This document shows positions 1 to 15,315 of a DNA stretch of 47,516 nucleotides, in pieces. The number at the start of each line of letters is the position of its first letter. Positions within the stretch are counted from its first letter, which is position 1. The position numbers and the translations under genes are program-made. The notes beneath the pieces were generated by a model, which saw only the letters and a list, made by a program, of their open reading frames with translations, did no database searches and had not been told where the DNA came from. The DNA is from Ministeria vibrans ATCC 50519 (lineage: Eukaryota > Protista > Filasterea): positions 25,584-73,099 of the forward strand of contig CALSCP010000579.1 of NCBI GenBank assembly GCA_943704425.1, read 5' to 3'.

Positions 1-44
<44 letters not shown>

Positions 45-115
45 CTTTGTTTCTTTCTCCCTCCTCTCTCTCTCTCTATCACTTTGTTTCTTTCTCCCTC
101 CTCTCTCTCTCTCTC
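1..115. repeat. (CT)n with ATCACTTTGTTTCTTTCTCCCTCC units, in an SMG8 intron
   Basis: Directly visible. Confidence 0.95.
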
Positions 116-141
116 TGTGTTAACTCGATATTTTTTTTTAC

Positions 142-2172
142 GTTGCTGAGTCACAGGCGGAACACGTTCGTTGAATAGGATGTTCACTGGAGACAATGCG
201 CGACCCGGCACCCTTCAAACAAAATGAATGTAAAGGACACAGATAAAATTTTGATTGCTCTTACTCTTGCGCTTCGACTGATCTTGTCCGGTCCATCCGA
301 ACCTGCCAGAATTCTATCGAACAAGTACAATTTCAGTATCGAAGTACAGCATTTCAGAAATTCGTTTTGCCATACCGATGGCCATTGTCGCACTCGTACT
401 CATAGCCCACAAAGGCACGGCCTTCGCCCGCCTTGGCCACCACCAGTCCACTCTGCGTCTGCTGCTGGCCCTCTAGTACCACCGGCAAATCCCACGGGTA
501 GAGTGCTCCAATGCCGCTGCCACTCTGCTGCTTGGTCATGCTGTAGTAGGATGCCGCATTGCCTGTGCGGCGCACTCCCCAGTGCTCGCTCGCATCGTCG
601 CCCGCCCACAGCCCTACTCTCCCCGTGTTCACGTCCGCACTGCCACGACACACGGCGCACGCAGCGTCCGCACTGCGGTAGAATTCAATGTTGGCATCGA
701 CCGCGCGGAAGGGATCGGGACGGCGTACGGGACTCACAGTCGCACCGCAGCTGCATGTATGTACACTTTCGTAGCCACTACAGTGGACACCCTCATGGCC
801 ACACGAACGAGTGCAGGGACGCCCCGTCAGACTCACACTCTCGCACTGGCGTCGCTCGTGTGACCACAGCTCGTCGAGCCGCGCACTGAGGGCTTTGCGA
901 CTCGCGTTGACCTCACAGCCGCGTGCAAGTCGATCAAACTCGGTCAGGGCATGCGCAACGTGGTCCAGATGCGTTTGCGCTGGATACACTGCCGGGAGGT
1001 CGCGGTGATACGTCTCAATAGCGGTCACAATGGCACGTTCACACAGCAAGCGACACAGCGCTGTCTCGCCTGGCGTGCGCGTCACGTCCTCCGCCAGCTC
1101 AACCGGAGCAGCTCGACACGCCGCAATGTGCTCCATTTGTTGTTGCAACCAGGCAAGCCAATCCGATGCGCCGTCCTCTTCTTCTTCCTCTTCTTCTTCT
1201 TCCTCCTCTGCCTTCTTTTCCCGTGCGATCGCTTCGCGTTTCAGTATGCGCTTCTCGTGCACGGAGCGACGGTCGAGCAGGAGCGCGCGCAACCCCGCCA
1301 GTCCCCAGTGCCCACGCGGCAACGACGACATGTCGTCTTGCTCTAACAGTGCCAGCAGTGTGAGCATATCGGCGGCACCATCGTGTGCGTCTGGCTGCGT
1401 TTGAGACGACCGTGCCATTGCCGCAAGGACACTCGTCGCACCAGACGCCGCACCAACACCAAGCGTGGGGAGCGCAAAGAAGACAAAGTGAGGCGCAGCA
1501 GGGCGCACTCCGGGCGCAAGAACTCCCAGGGTCTTTCGTTCGAGCAGTCGATGGAGTGTCTTTTGGATGACCTGCCGACGAGGGCTCGTGTCCAGTTTCA
1601 TTTTCATGTGCGGCTGAGCCAGACGACGACGCACGTCCGGCTCGCCTCCCACCAGCGACGCAATCGTCGCCACCTGAAGCACCACCGCCAATGTACACCG
1701 GTGACTCGAAGTACGGCACCAGGGTGCGGCAGTGGCGACAAATTCGTTGATGGCCGACGCAATGTCAGCGACGGGCGTTGTCGTCGGATAAAAGAAGATG
1801 ATCAGGTTACACAGACTCAACAGGACACCAGCGGCGTGTCGCTCGGCGTCTGACGCATCGCCAAGGACCTGGTCCCACGACTGATCGGTCGCAGGTTGGG
1901 CAGCAAGGCGTGCGAGCACCCGTGCGTCGTGTGTGCCGCACAGCTCAAGGAAGAGCGTATTGGACGATGCCTAGAGAAGGTCGCGGGCTTCGTTAGTGCG
2001 GTGGCGGGGAAGGAGGGGAAAGCAAGTGGCTTACATCGTAGGAGGGAACGAGAGCGGGCGAGTGTACAACGGGCGAGAAGTTGGGCGGAAGTGTTGGTAA
2101 GAGCGCAGACGTCTTGGATTCGATCAAGAGATCGCTTGACCCGACGATGCCCACCACAAATGGGTCGCGCAT
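142..2172 (-). CDS. SMG8: Nonsense-mediated decay factor SMG8-like; multi-exon, 3' end beyond the window
   Basis: ATG at 2172 (MRDPFVVGIVG), then a GTAAGC..CACTAAC..CTAG intron at ~1971-2034 and the long exon of ORF 354..1919. Motifs CSCG..RRPDPF..DANIEFY and FVGYEYECDNGHR resemble SMG8 (CNCG..RDDPF..ANYDFY; FIGFEYEC..GHR). Further small exons continue to 142. Confidence 0.8.
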
Positions 2173-2387
2173 GTCAGGTGTCACTCAAAAGTTGATAGCA
2201 CAAGCAAAAATTAAAAAAAATAATTATATTGAAATTTTGAATTGGTTGTGACTTGTGATTGTTGTGAATAATTGATGTCATTTTAGTATTGGTGCCTGAT
2301 TGAATATATTATAGTACTCCTCATAGTCTCAAAGTGAATAAAATTTTTAATAGCTCTCTCTTCTCTTTGTTTCTCTCTCACAGCTGC

Positions 2388-5303
2388 TCAAGTGCGCTTC
2401 ATCTTCTTCTTAAGAGGCTTAGGTACACTCTCAGGTGTGGTGGTTGTTGATGACTTCTTCTTCGACTTCTTCTCTTCCTTCACCGGCTCCACTTCCTTCT
2501 TCTTCTTTTCCACCTCCTTCACCTTCTTCTTCACCACCTGCACTTCCTCCACCGCCTTCTTCGCCTTCTTCACTTTCATCTCCTTCTTCACCACCGGCAC
2601 CTCCTCCTCCTCCTTCGTCTCCGCAGCCTTCGCTCCCTTCTTCGACTTCTTCTCCTTCTTCACCGGCACCGCCTCTTCCTCCTCCACTGCCTTCTTCGAC
2701 TTCTTTTCCTTCTTCGCCGGCACCACCTTTTCCTCCTCCACTGCCTTCTTCGTCTTCTTTTCCTTCTTCATCGGCACCACTTCCGCCTCCTTCACACTCT
2801 TCTTCTTCGTCGCCACCTCCACCTCCACTGCCTCCTCCTTACCCTTACTCTTCTTTTTCGTCTTCTTCTGCAACGCCAACGCCAACTCCTTCTCCTTCTT
2901 CGCTGCCGCCGCTTCCTCCTCCTCCCTCTGCTTCTGCTTCTTCTTCTTCGCCTCAAGCGCCATCGCACGCTCGTGCTTCTCCCGCTCCCGCGGCGCCATC
3001 GCCGGTGTCTTCTTCGACACAACCACCTTCATCTCCTCGTCACTACTACCAACCTCCTCCGCCTCGTCCTCTTCCGCCTCCATCACCTCGTCCTCATCTT
3101 CACTTCCTTCTCCATCTCCTACCGGAATCTTATTGTCAATCTTCTTGAACTTTGCGACAAAGAATCCGTCCATGTTGTGGGTGTGCGGGTAGAAGCGACG
3201 TGTCAGGGCCAGCGACGGGTGGAAGCGACGCTGACGGAAGCGGGTGAAGCCAGGGGTGCCAATGTCGACGCCAAGCGGAACCAGCTTGACATGGCGACGC
3301 TTGAGAGCATAGTCGACGACCCACTCGTCCTCGTCGACCATCACCGAACACGTTGAGTACACAACGTAGCCGCCCGTCTTGCTCTTGGCATCGCAGCTGT
3401 CAATCGCCGCCAGAAGCAGCTCCTTCTGCAGATGGGCACACCGCACAAAGTCATCGGCGTCCTTGTTGGTCTTGACGCTGCTGTCCTTTGCAATGACCCC
3501 GGTGCCCGAGCACGGCGCGTCCAGCAGCACTCGGTCAAAGTTGCCAATGACCTTGGGGAAGCTACGGCCATCGTAGTTGCACACGACGGTGTTCTGCACG
3601 CCCATCCGCTGCAGATTGGCGTAGACCGCCTTGAGACGTGCGCGGTTGACGTCGTTGGCGATGATCATCCCTGTGTTCTTCATGAGCGTCGCCAAGTAGC
3701 TGCTCTTGCCGCCGGGTGCCGAACACATGTCAAGCACACGCTCGCCCTCCTGTGGGGCCAGCGCCATGCACGGCACAAAGGACGACGGGCTCTGGATCAT
3801 GTAGTGGCCCGCAAGGTACTCGGGGGTCGCGCCGATGGGCACCTGCGACCCATACACAACCAGGCCCACCTTGCTCCACTTGCCCACAGGGTCCAGGTTC
3901 ACTCCGCGGTTGATCAGCGCCTGTGCCAGCTCACGTCGACGCGTCTTCAGCGTGTTGGTGCGCACCACAATGGGTCGCGGTCGTTCGTTGGCGTCGAGGA
4001 ACGCAAGCAGCTCGCTCAGAGGCATCAGCTGCACAAACTCCGCCATGAGATACTCACTGTAGCCAAAGGTGTACGACAAATCGCGCACCAGCTGGTCCAC
4101 ATAGTCGGTGCGTGGCGTCTCGGGCGCCCGCAACTCAGCAAAGTTGCTCAGCACACGCAGAATGTGCTGCACTCGCTCCTGCACCGCCGCAATCTCAGGC
4201 GGCGACTCCTTCTCCTGCTCAATCTCCTCTGCACTCGGCAGCTCAAACAGCCCCTGCTCGCCCTCTTCTTCTTCTCCTTCTCCCTCCTCCTCTTCGTCAT
4301 CATCACCATCACCCATGTTCAACTGCATCCTCTCATCTTCATCGTCATCGTCGTCGCTCTCTTCCTCCGAGCCACTCTCTTCCTCATAGTCACCCTGAAG
4401 GCCCGCCTCCTCCATCGCGGCCATCTCTTCGTCATCCATGCTCTCCTCAGAGCCGCTCTCTTCTTCTTCTTCTTCCTCCTCATCATCATCACTGTCCTCC
4501 TCCTCCTCCTCATCATCGTCATCGTCTTGCTCCTCACCCATTTCTTCATCGGAACTCTCGCCGAACATGGCGTACTCGAGCAGCCCGTGCTCCTGAATCG
4601 CCTCCTCGTCGCTGTCCTCTTCATCCTCCACCGGCATTGTGCTGTTCACTTCGTCGTCGCCCTCATTGCCAAACTCCGACGCGTCGACAAACTCATACTC
4701 ATCTCCAGACGATTCTTCCTCATCCTCATCCTCATCGTCGTCGCTCTCAATCGGTCGCTTGCGGCCTCGTGGTACCTTCTCCTCCTCCTCGTAGTCGTCG
4801 TCGTCGCTGTCGTCGTCGTCGTCGTCGGCAAAGTCCTGGGCACGAAACGGCGGAAGATTCACTTGAACTTCGTCGTCGCTGTCGTCCTCCTCGTCGTCGC
4901 TGTCGTCCTCCATATCCTCATCATCCTCATCATCACTGCCACTCTCCTCCTCCTCCTCGTCGTCGTCGTCGTCGGGCAGCGAGTCGCTGTCGCTGTCGGC
5001 CAAGTTGCCTCGAGCGCCAACACGTGTGACCGAGCCGGCGTGAACCGACGCCTTTGCAGGCGCTCCGCGACTCACAGCGCCCACCTTGCTTGCTGCAGCC
5101 GCTGATTCCTTGGCGGCTGCGGCTGATTTCGCCGTGGGCTTGGCGCCCGCACCGGCATTTCCTTTCTCGTTGCTCTTTTTCGCGCTCGCCCCTTTCGTTT
5201 TCCTCAGAATCGGCGGTGGCGACGGCGTGTGTTGTCGACGTGCCGACGGGCCTGGGCCTCGTCGCACGCGTCGCGCACCATCGTCAGCTCGTCTGCGTCC
5301 CAT
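2388..5303 (-). CDS. NOP2: NOP2/NSUN1 large-subunit rRNA cytosine-C5 methyltransferase, intronless
   Basis: RTNTLKTRRRELAQALINRGVNLDP, GATPEYLAGHY, LDMCSAPGGK, FDRVLLDAPCSGTG, VYSTCS and RFYPHTHNMDGFFVAK. Acidic N-terminal region and K/E-rich tail. First ATG at 5303. Confidence 0.96.
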   Translation of the reverse strand: MGRRRADDGARRVRRGPGPSARRQHTPSPPPILRKTKGASAKKSNEKGNAGAGAKPTAKSAAAAKESAAAASKVGAVSRGAPAKASVHAGSVTRVGARGNLADSDSDSLPDDDDDEEEEESGSDDEDDEDMEDDSDDEEDDSDDEVQVNLPPFRAQDFADDDDDDSDDDDYEEEEKVPRGRKRPIESDDDEDEDEEESSGDEYEFVDASEFGNEGDDEVNSTMPVEDEEDSDEEAIQEHGLLEYAMFGESSDEEMGEEQDDDDDEEEEEDSDDDEEEEEEEESGSEESMDDEEMAAMEEAGLQGDYEEESGSEEESDDDDDEDERMQLNMGDGDDDEEEEGEGEEEEGEQGLFELPSAEEIEQEKESPPEIAAVQERVQHILRVLSNFAELRAPETPRTDYVDQLVRDLSYTFGYSEYLMAEFVQLMPLSELLAFLDANERPRPIVVRTNTLKTRRRELAQALINRGVNLDPVGKWSKVGLVVYGSQVPIGATPEYLAGHYMIQSPSSFVPCMALAPQEGERVLDMCSAPGGKSSYLATLMKNTGMIIANDVNRARLKAVYANLQRMGVQNTVVCNYDGRSFPKVIGNFDRVLLDAPCSGTGVIAKDSSVKTNKDADDFVRCAHLQKELLLAAIDSCDAKSKTGGYVVYSTCSVMVDEDEWVVDYALKRRHVKLVPLGVDIGTPGFTRFRQRRFHPSLALTRRFYPHTHNMDGFFVAKFKKIDNKIPVGDGEGSEDEDEVMEAEEDEAEEVGSSDEEMKVVVSKKTPAMAPREREKHERAMALEAKKKKQKQREEEEAAAAKKEKELALALQKKTKKKSKGKEEAVEVEVATKKKSVKEAEVVPMKKEKKTKKAVEEEKVVPAKKEKKSKKAVEEEEAVPVKKEKKSKKGAKAAETKEEEEVPVVKKEMKVKKAKKAVEEVQVVKKKVKEVEKKKKEVEPVKEEKKSKKKSSTTTTPESVPKPLKKKMKRT

Positions 5304-5404
5304 GCTTGTTTGAGAATGTTGAAGCAATAAAAACTGAATATAATTATCATGGTTTTCTGATTTTCTGATTTGATTTCAATTTCCTATTAAAAATATTCGC
5401 GACA

Positions 5405-7402
5405 ATGCTCACGCGTCGTGCATGGGGTGTGGTGGGCGGCCGTTGTCTTGGCTGGAGATTACGATCATCGGCGCCCTCGGACGCATCAAAGACGACCGTG
5501 TGGCGCATCCCAACGCGAGAGGAGCGCGCAAAGGCCATCGGCCGGACTGCAAGCCCCAGGTCGCCCTTCGAGGCCCAGGCGGTCCCTCGGTCCCCCAAGG
5601 AGCTCGGCGGCCTGCCCGGCACGGTGTTTGTCGACCCAAACGGACGAGTGAATCTTCTGCTGCCAACGCAGAAAGATCGTTACTTTCGACTTGTTCCCAA
5701 GGGCAAGCACGAGCCCCGCGCCTTGGACCTGAGCAAGAACAGGATCAACGAGTCGCTCTCCGATATCAAGGCGCTCGTTGACAGAGGACATGCGCAGCAG
5801 GTAGAACGATCATATAAAAACACCCCCCCCAAAAATCATTCTGATCGTCTCATTCGTCTCCTAGGAGGACTTTTGGGCGATTCTTGATCGTCACGTGGAC
5901 GGCAAAGACATTTTGCCGGCTGGCGAGATCAAACTGATCACCGAGTGTATGTTGGCGATGGAAACACTTGACGTTGAGGTACACTTTGTGTGTGGCTGTT
6001 GATGGACTTGTTATTGCATCTTTGTGTGTGACTGTTGATGGACTTGGTATTGCATCTTTGTGTGTGACTGTTGATGGACTTGGTATTGTACCTTTGTGTG
6101 TGGCTGTTGATGGACTTGGTATTGCATCTTTGTGTGTGACTGTTGATGGACTTGGTATTGTACCTTTGTGTGTGGCTGTTGATGGACTTGTTATTGCACC
6201 TTTGTGTGTGGCTGTTGATGGACTTGTTATTGCACCTTTGTGTGTGGCTGTTGATGGACTTGTTATTGCACCTTTGTGTGAGTCTTGCTAACGAACGATT
6301 TTCATTAGATTGATATCTGGACATACAACAAACTCTTTCACGTCTTCTCGCGTGGCCCATATCGTCCTCGCTCAATGTTTCATGCGCTCATCAAAGTCCC
6401 TTCACCTCCCGTACACACAGAAATAGAAGAGGCAAGCCCGTTTCTCAAGTTACTTCTCTCGTTGACAGATCGACTGTGCTCTTGACGTACTGTGCCACAT
6501 GGAGGAGCACGGAGTGTGTCCAAACTTGGAGACGGGTCAGCTGATGGAAACGGTGTTTGGCATTAAGAGCGATCCCGTCCAGAAGACGGACACGATGATT
6601 TTTTTCTTTCAAAAGTTTCGCAATGTTAACACCTCGCCGCGCTATCTCGAGCGCGAGCTGCCGAAGACTCTTGTGGAGCGGGCAGTGGAAGCCCTCACGC
6701 GCATTGGGAGTGCAGATGGCGGCGAGGTGACGATTGAGCGGGCAGATCGGGACGCACAAGTGTTGGACCAGACGCAGCGCAGAGGCCCCTACTCGCTGTG
6801 GATGCAGACCGAGTCGCAGCGCACGGGCCTGCGCTACTCTGTGGGCGACGCTGCACAGCCCATTGTCGTTCATGGGCCCCATGTGCTCTGGTACCATCGT
6901 GAACTCCTACCGTACTACTCGGTTGACTCGTGTGGTACCGCACAAACGAAACAAAATATTGAAAAACAGTTAATAGACGTTTTTACATCGCGCAGGTGAA
7001 GCCATTGGAATGATCATGAGCGAAGACTGCAAACGCGACTCGATTGCGCAGGCGCTCAATGCGCTCCTGGCAACAGTCGACGCTGCACACGTCCTCCACC
7101 GTCGTCCCGTTGTCTTTGAGCTGCTTCAGCCCGACTGGCTTGCACAGCGTGCCCAGTCTGACACCATCCCGCGCCTCCACACTCGCCCTCTGCGCAACCG
7201 CCGTGCCTTTGGCGCCGGAAATCTTCGCCTTGACCCCAACCACGCAGCAGAAACTCGCATTGAGAAGACGCACTACCTGGATCCGTCCGAGATGAATACA
7301 TTTGAGGGGACAGAGGAAGAGCAGTCGAAGCAACGCCAGTACACGACGCAAGACAGTTCGACCGTCGAGGGGGAGCTAGTGCGCGACGCAAAGGCCCTTT
7401 AA
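5405..7402 (+). CDS. ECSIT: ECSIT-like mitochondrial complex I assembly factor, multi-exon
   Basis: Arg-rich presequence-like N-terminus. Spliced exons give IDIWTYNKLFHVFSRGPYRPRSMF..IDCALDVLCHMEEHGVCPNLET..VFGIKSDP..FFQKFRNVN..PIVVHGPHVLWY, matching ECSIT (YNQLLNIFPKEVFRPRN..ECGI.VLEQMENHGVMPNKET..IFGRKSYP..WFPRFMNVN..PVFVEGPFSLW). Confidence 0.8.
5984..6281. repeat. 36-bp minisatellite, ~8 tandem copies, inside an ECSIT intron
   Basis: Unit CTTTGTGTGTG(G/A)CTGTTGATGGACTTG(T/G)TATTG(C/T)A(C/T) repeated head to tail without spacers, between the GT donor at ~5979 and the AG acceptor at ~6309. Confidence 0.95.
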
Positions 7403-7513
7403 TTTAGACACTCACTATACATAACACCTTATTGTATACTATTCGGGTTGCTATTGCATTGAAACAACTCATTCTTTTTATTATTATTATTGTATTGTAT
7501 TGTGTGGTGTGAA

Positions 7514-7752
<239 letters not shown>

Positions 7753-7766
7753 ACGGCGTAGCAATA

Positions 7767-11614
<3,848 letters not shown>

Positions 11615-11692
11615 CACAACAAATCAATTTTGATAATAAATCTGTGTGTGAATCAAATTGATTAATTTGATAACGATAACGAATTTTGTTTA

Positions 11693-12393
11693 TTAGGTGG
11701 AGGGACCAGCTTCGTCGTCGTCGTCTGTGCCAAAGTCATCTTCATCGTCACCATCGTCCCAGTTGGCAATGGCTGCCTCTGCTTCGGCGTGCAGCTCACT
11801 CAAACCCGTCACGTCCTAAGCAAAAGGCACTATTACTATTGAATACAGTATAATTATTATTATTGTGTCTGCATGCCTCGAGATAGGAACTGTCATTGAA
11901 GGCCTTCAAGAGAAAGTCAAAACCCTTCTCGCGGTAAAGATCAACAACAGTCTGCGAGCAGGCAGTGCATCGGTTGAACGCAGATGCAGTGGGCAGATGC
12001 CAGTCAAAGGTGGACAGATAGCCACGCAACTATAGTCATAAATTAATGTAGTACATCTCAAGTGAGTGAGTGCTCAATGTGTGCGATGAAAGAGATAGAG
12101 TGGCGGTTTACCTGGTGTGGAACGAGGCCCAAAGGACAGGTGTTGGGATCATCAGGACTGTGTTCGCTGCCACGAGTGTCAGCAGGAGCCAAGTTGCTAA
12201 ACAAAAACATTCAAAAAATAATACGAATTGAGTACTTGGCATGAGAGAGGTACGTTTACCCCTTAGGATGGTGGATAATGGAGACTGCCAGCTCAACGGC
12301 AGCAGCAGCAGCAATCATGGAGATGCCTGGACGCGACACAGTGCACTGCTGGTCGAGTGTACGGTCGCGAGTGCTCTATACAAAAAAAAAGAA

Positions 12394-12479
<86 letters not shown>

Positions 12480-13197
12480 AGAGAGAGAAGGAGAAAGAAA
12501 CAAAGTGATAGAGAGAGAGAGAGCAACAATCAACACACAACTTGAAGAAGTGTACAGTACAATGCACGTACGTTCTTTGGGGCCATAATGTCATTGCAGA
12601 AGTAGCAGCCCAGTCGCTTGGCAGGGTCGTCGGCAAGCACACCGTGACGCATCACAACGTATGTGTTGAAACCCAGTGCCGCATTAATAATCGTCTGAAG
12701 AAAGTGTGGCATGTGTGTGTGAGTGAGTGTATACTTTTTCGTCAAATTTCAATTAATACCTTTCCTTTTGCGCAGGCGATAAGAGAAGGAAGCCAGCGAG
12801 CCTCGCGCGTGTCGAGGAGAAGGAAGACAATATCATGGGAGTCAATGAGAGCCTCGAGGGTCGCCACAGCAGTGCGGGTCTCGCGCTCGACGACATCCGT
12901 CTCAACGGCATGGCCCGGCATGGGAATGGCCAGGTTGACGCCCGTGCTGTCAACGCCTGGAAAAATGGTTTTAAGCATGCGCGCCGCCTGCTCTGCCTTG
13001 GGTTGTCCACCGTCCACACAGTCCTCAAAAGTAAAAAGCGACTGTCGCACCGGATTGCTGTAGCTCACCCGCCCACTGTCGACCAGTGTGATCTTGCGCA
13101 CTCCCCATCCCAGCAGATTGCGCGCCACATTACAGCCCAGAGTGCCTGCGCCCAGCAGCAGACATCGCGTTCCCGCAACCTGACCCCCAAACCGACA

Positions 13198-13229
<32 letters not shown>

Positions 13230-14894
13230 TCCCAGTCAGAAAAACAGGCGAAAACAAAGACAGGAAGAAAATTTACCTTTTCCAGTTGAAGTTGGGGCAT
13301 CAGTCGCCAGCGCATCAGCTTCAGGTTCAAATCTACTGCACTCTCTGCCAACCTACACACAATGACACCGTCACCCAAAACCCAAAATGAGACACAAGAT
13401 TTCCGCCTGTGTTTGTTTACTTTGCTGGGTTCATTGTGGCGCTGAGGTCCATCACACGAGGGGCCATTTTTCCCTTTGCGTTCTTCTCCCATCCCACTGC
13501 GTGTTCCCAACTCACTCCTACAACAGCAGAGAATAAAATGCAAAAGAGGTTATTCGCTTTGTCTTTTATCACGTCGCTTTTTTTCCCCTCCTATAATTCA
13601 CCTTCTGACTCTTCTGTCACTTGTACATCAAGCACAATCGAATGGTCTGAGCTCACGACACCATCAGCGGAGTGTTCACGGAAGGCAATAACCTTTAGCG
13701 AACGTACTTTGGGGTGACTGAGAGTGGGTTAGAGAGAGAGAGAGGGGAGGGACAAAGAAACAAAGTGATAGAGAGAGAGAGGAGGAACAAAGAAACAAAG
13801 TGATAGAGAGAGAGAGGAGGAACAAAGAAACAAAGTGATAGAGAGAGAGAGAGGAGGGACAAAGGAACAAAGTGATAAAGAGCGAGAGGAGAAACAAAGA
13901 AACAAAGCGATAGAGAGCGAGAGGAGGGACAAAGGAACAAAGTTATAGTGAGTGTGTGTGCGTGGATAAGTGAGCGTGTTGATAAACTCGTATGGAATAC
14001 CATGCGTGCACATAGGCAATAATGTTGCGCAAGGACCAGCCGGGATTTGTGGCGAGGGCACTTGCGTCAGCAAAGGCGAGAGTGACGGCGTCGCAGTCGT
14101 CGCTCACGACCGAGTTCCACTCGCTGAGACGGTGTGCCGTGTGTTTGGCACTGTCGATGATCATCACACACTGGCTCGGATCCGACGCGGTCACGCTTCG
14201 AATTGCCTTGACAATGTCCTAGAGAGAAGAAAGAGAGTCATTGCTTGCGGCAGGGGCACAACCATGACAGGAGGAGTCATCAGTACGTCGGTGTTGTCGG
14301 CAAAAGCACTGGTGATAGAGACGGGAGTGCCAGTGAGAGTGGCGCCCACCGGGATGGCGGGGAAGGCGAACCAGTAGTAGAAGTGGCACTTTTTGAGATT
14401 GGCGAAGGTGAGAACGAGGAAGCGCGTGAGGAGCGACGGGTTGGCGGTGGCGGCGCCTGAGCGGATCGCCTGGCAGATAGTGGACGCCTCTGTCGCCAGC
14501 AGCTGCTTCTTGTCGATCTCTTTGAACCCGTCGATGGTGTTGGCATTTACCAGGGTGCCCGGCACGCGCACTGCTCTGAGAGGCGCCTCAAAATCTCTGT
14601 GTACCAAACGAAAAAAAAGAGAGAGAATGGGAAAAACAAACGAAAAAACAGAGGTTGAAGAAGCAGCGAAGGAAAGAGCAGACAGGAGGGAGGGTACTCG
14701 TGGAAGGCGTTGGCAGTGAGCTGCAGGAGCGGCGGAACCTCCGGGTGCGTTCCCATTGCGAAATGCGCCACAATCGATTTGGATGACTCGTCCAGTTTGT
14801 AGATGTTGAGCTTGCGGTCGCTGAGCGCATGGAAGAACCCAACGTCGACGGCCGACGAGAATGGTGCAAACTGCAACGGTTGTTGTTGTGCCAT
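11693..14894 (-). CDS. ATG7: Autophagy E1-like enzyme ATG7, multi-exon
   Basis: [113 protein letters not shown] and PHQLRG are all present. Confidence 0.97.
12391..12523. repeat. (GA)n plus one GAAACAAAGTGATAG unit, in an ATG7 intron
   Basis: Directly visible. Confidence 0.95.
13731..13948. repeat. Tandem array (~6 copies) of a ~33-bp GAGAGGAGG.ACAAAG.AACAAAGTGATAGA unit, in an ATG7 intron
   Basis: Directly visible. Confidence 0.92.
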
Positions 14895-15315
14895 TGATAC
14901 AATGTGAAAAAAAGTGTCAACTGTGAACTGTGAAGAATTCGGAAAACAAAATATTATAGAGATTAGAGATTAGAGAATCGAGAGCTGTACTCAAACACTA
15001 CTCAAACAAGACTATATACAAAACAAAGAGTCAATACTTCCGCCGTAGACTTCAAGGCGTTAGACGAGATTTACGAGAATGTCCTGAAAGATGTGTGAGA
15101 ATAAGAAGTTCGGACGTGGTTCGTACAAATAATAATCATGATTAATTTACGATTGAACTTTTCTTGACTTGATTGAGTTAAAAATGAGGCGATAATTCGA
15201 TATTGATTCAGTATTCTTCCAAAGTCTATCTCTCCGCCGAGCAACTCACGTTGCTTACTTTCCTCCTTGTCGCACACACATCCAACCCCCCTCAGCCAAC
15301 CCCTCCCCTGAGCAA

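Noticed and set aside
1993-1995. In-frame stops interrupting genes as evidence of a reassigned genetic code
   Set aside because: The interruptions I checked are explained by canonical introns, and TAA, TAG and TGA all end genes normally.
3432-5105. 557-aa plus-strand ORF and other long antisense ORFs over NOP2, GSIII, GT14 and FYVE-ARM
   Set aside because: Shadow ORFs arising from GC-rich codon bias and low-complexity coding on the opposite strand; no recognisable motifs.
5984-6281. 36-bp repeats as a CRISPR array, or ORFs 5938..6375 and 5968..6291 as repeat proteins
   Set aside because: The units abut with no unique spacers, there are no cas genes, and the block lies within a GT-AG intron of a eukaryotic gene.
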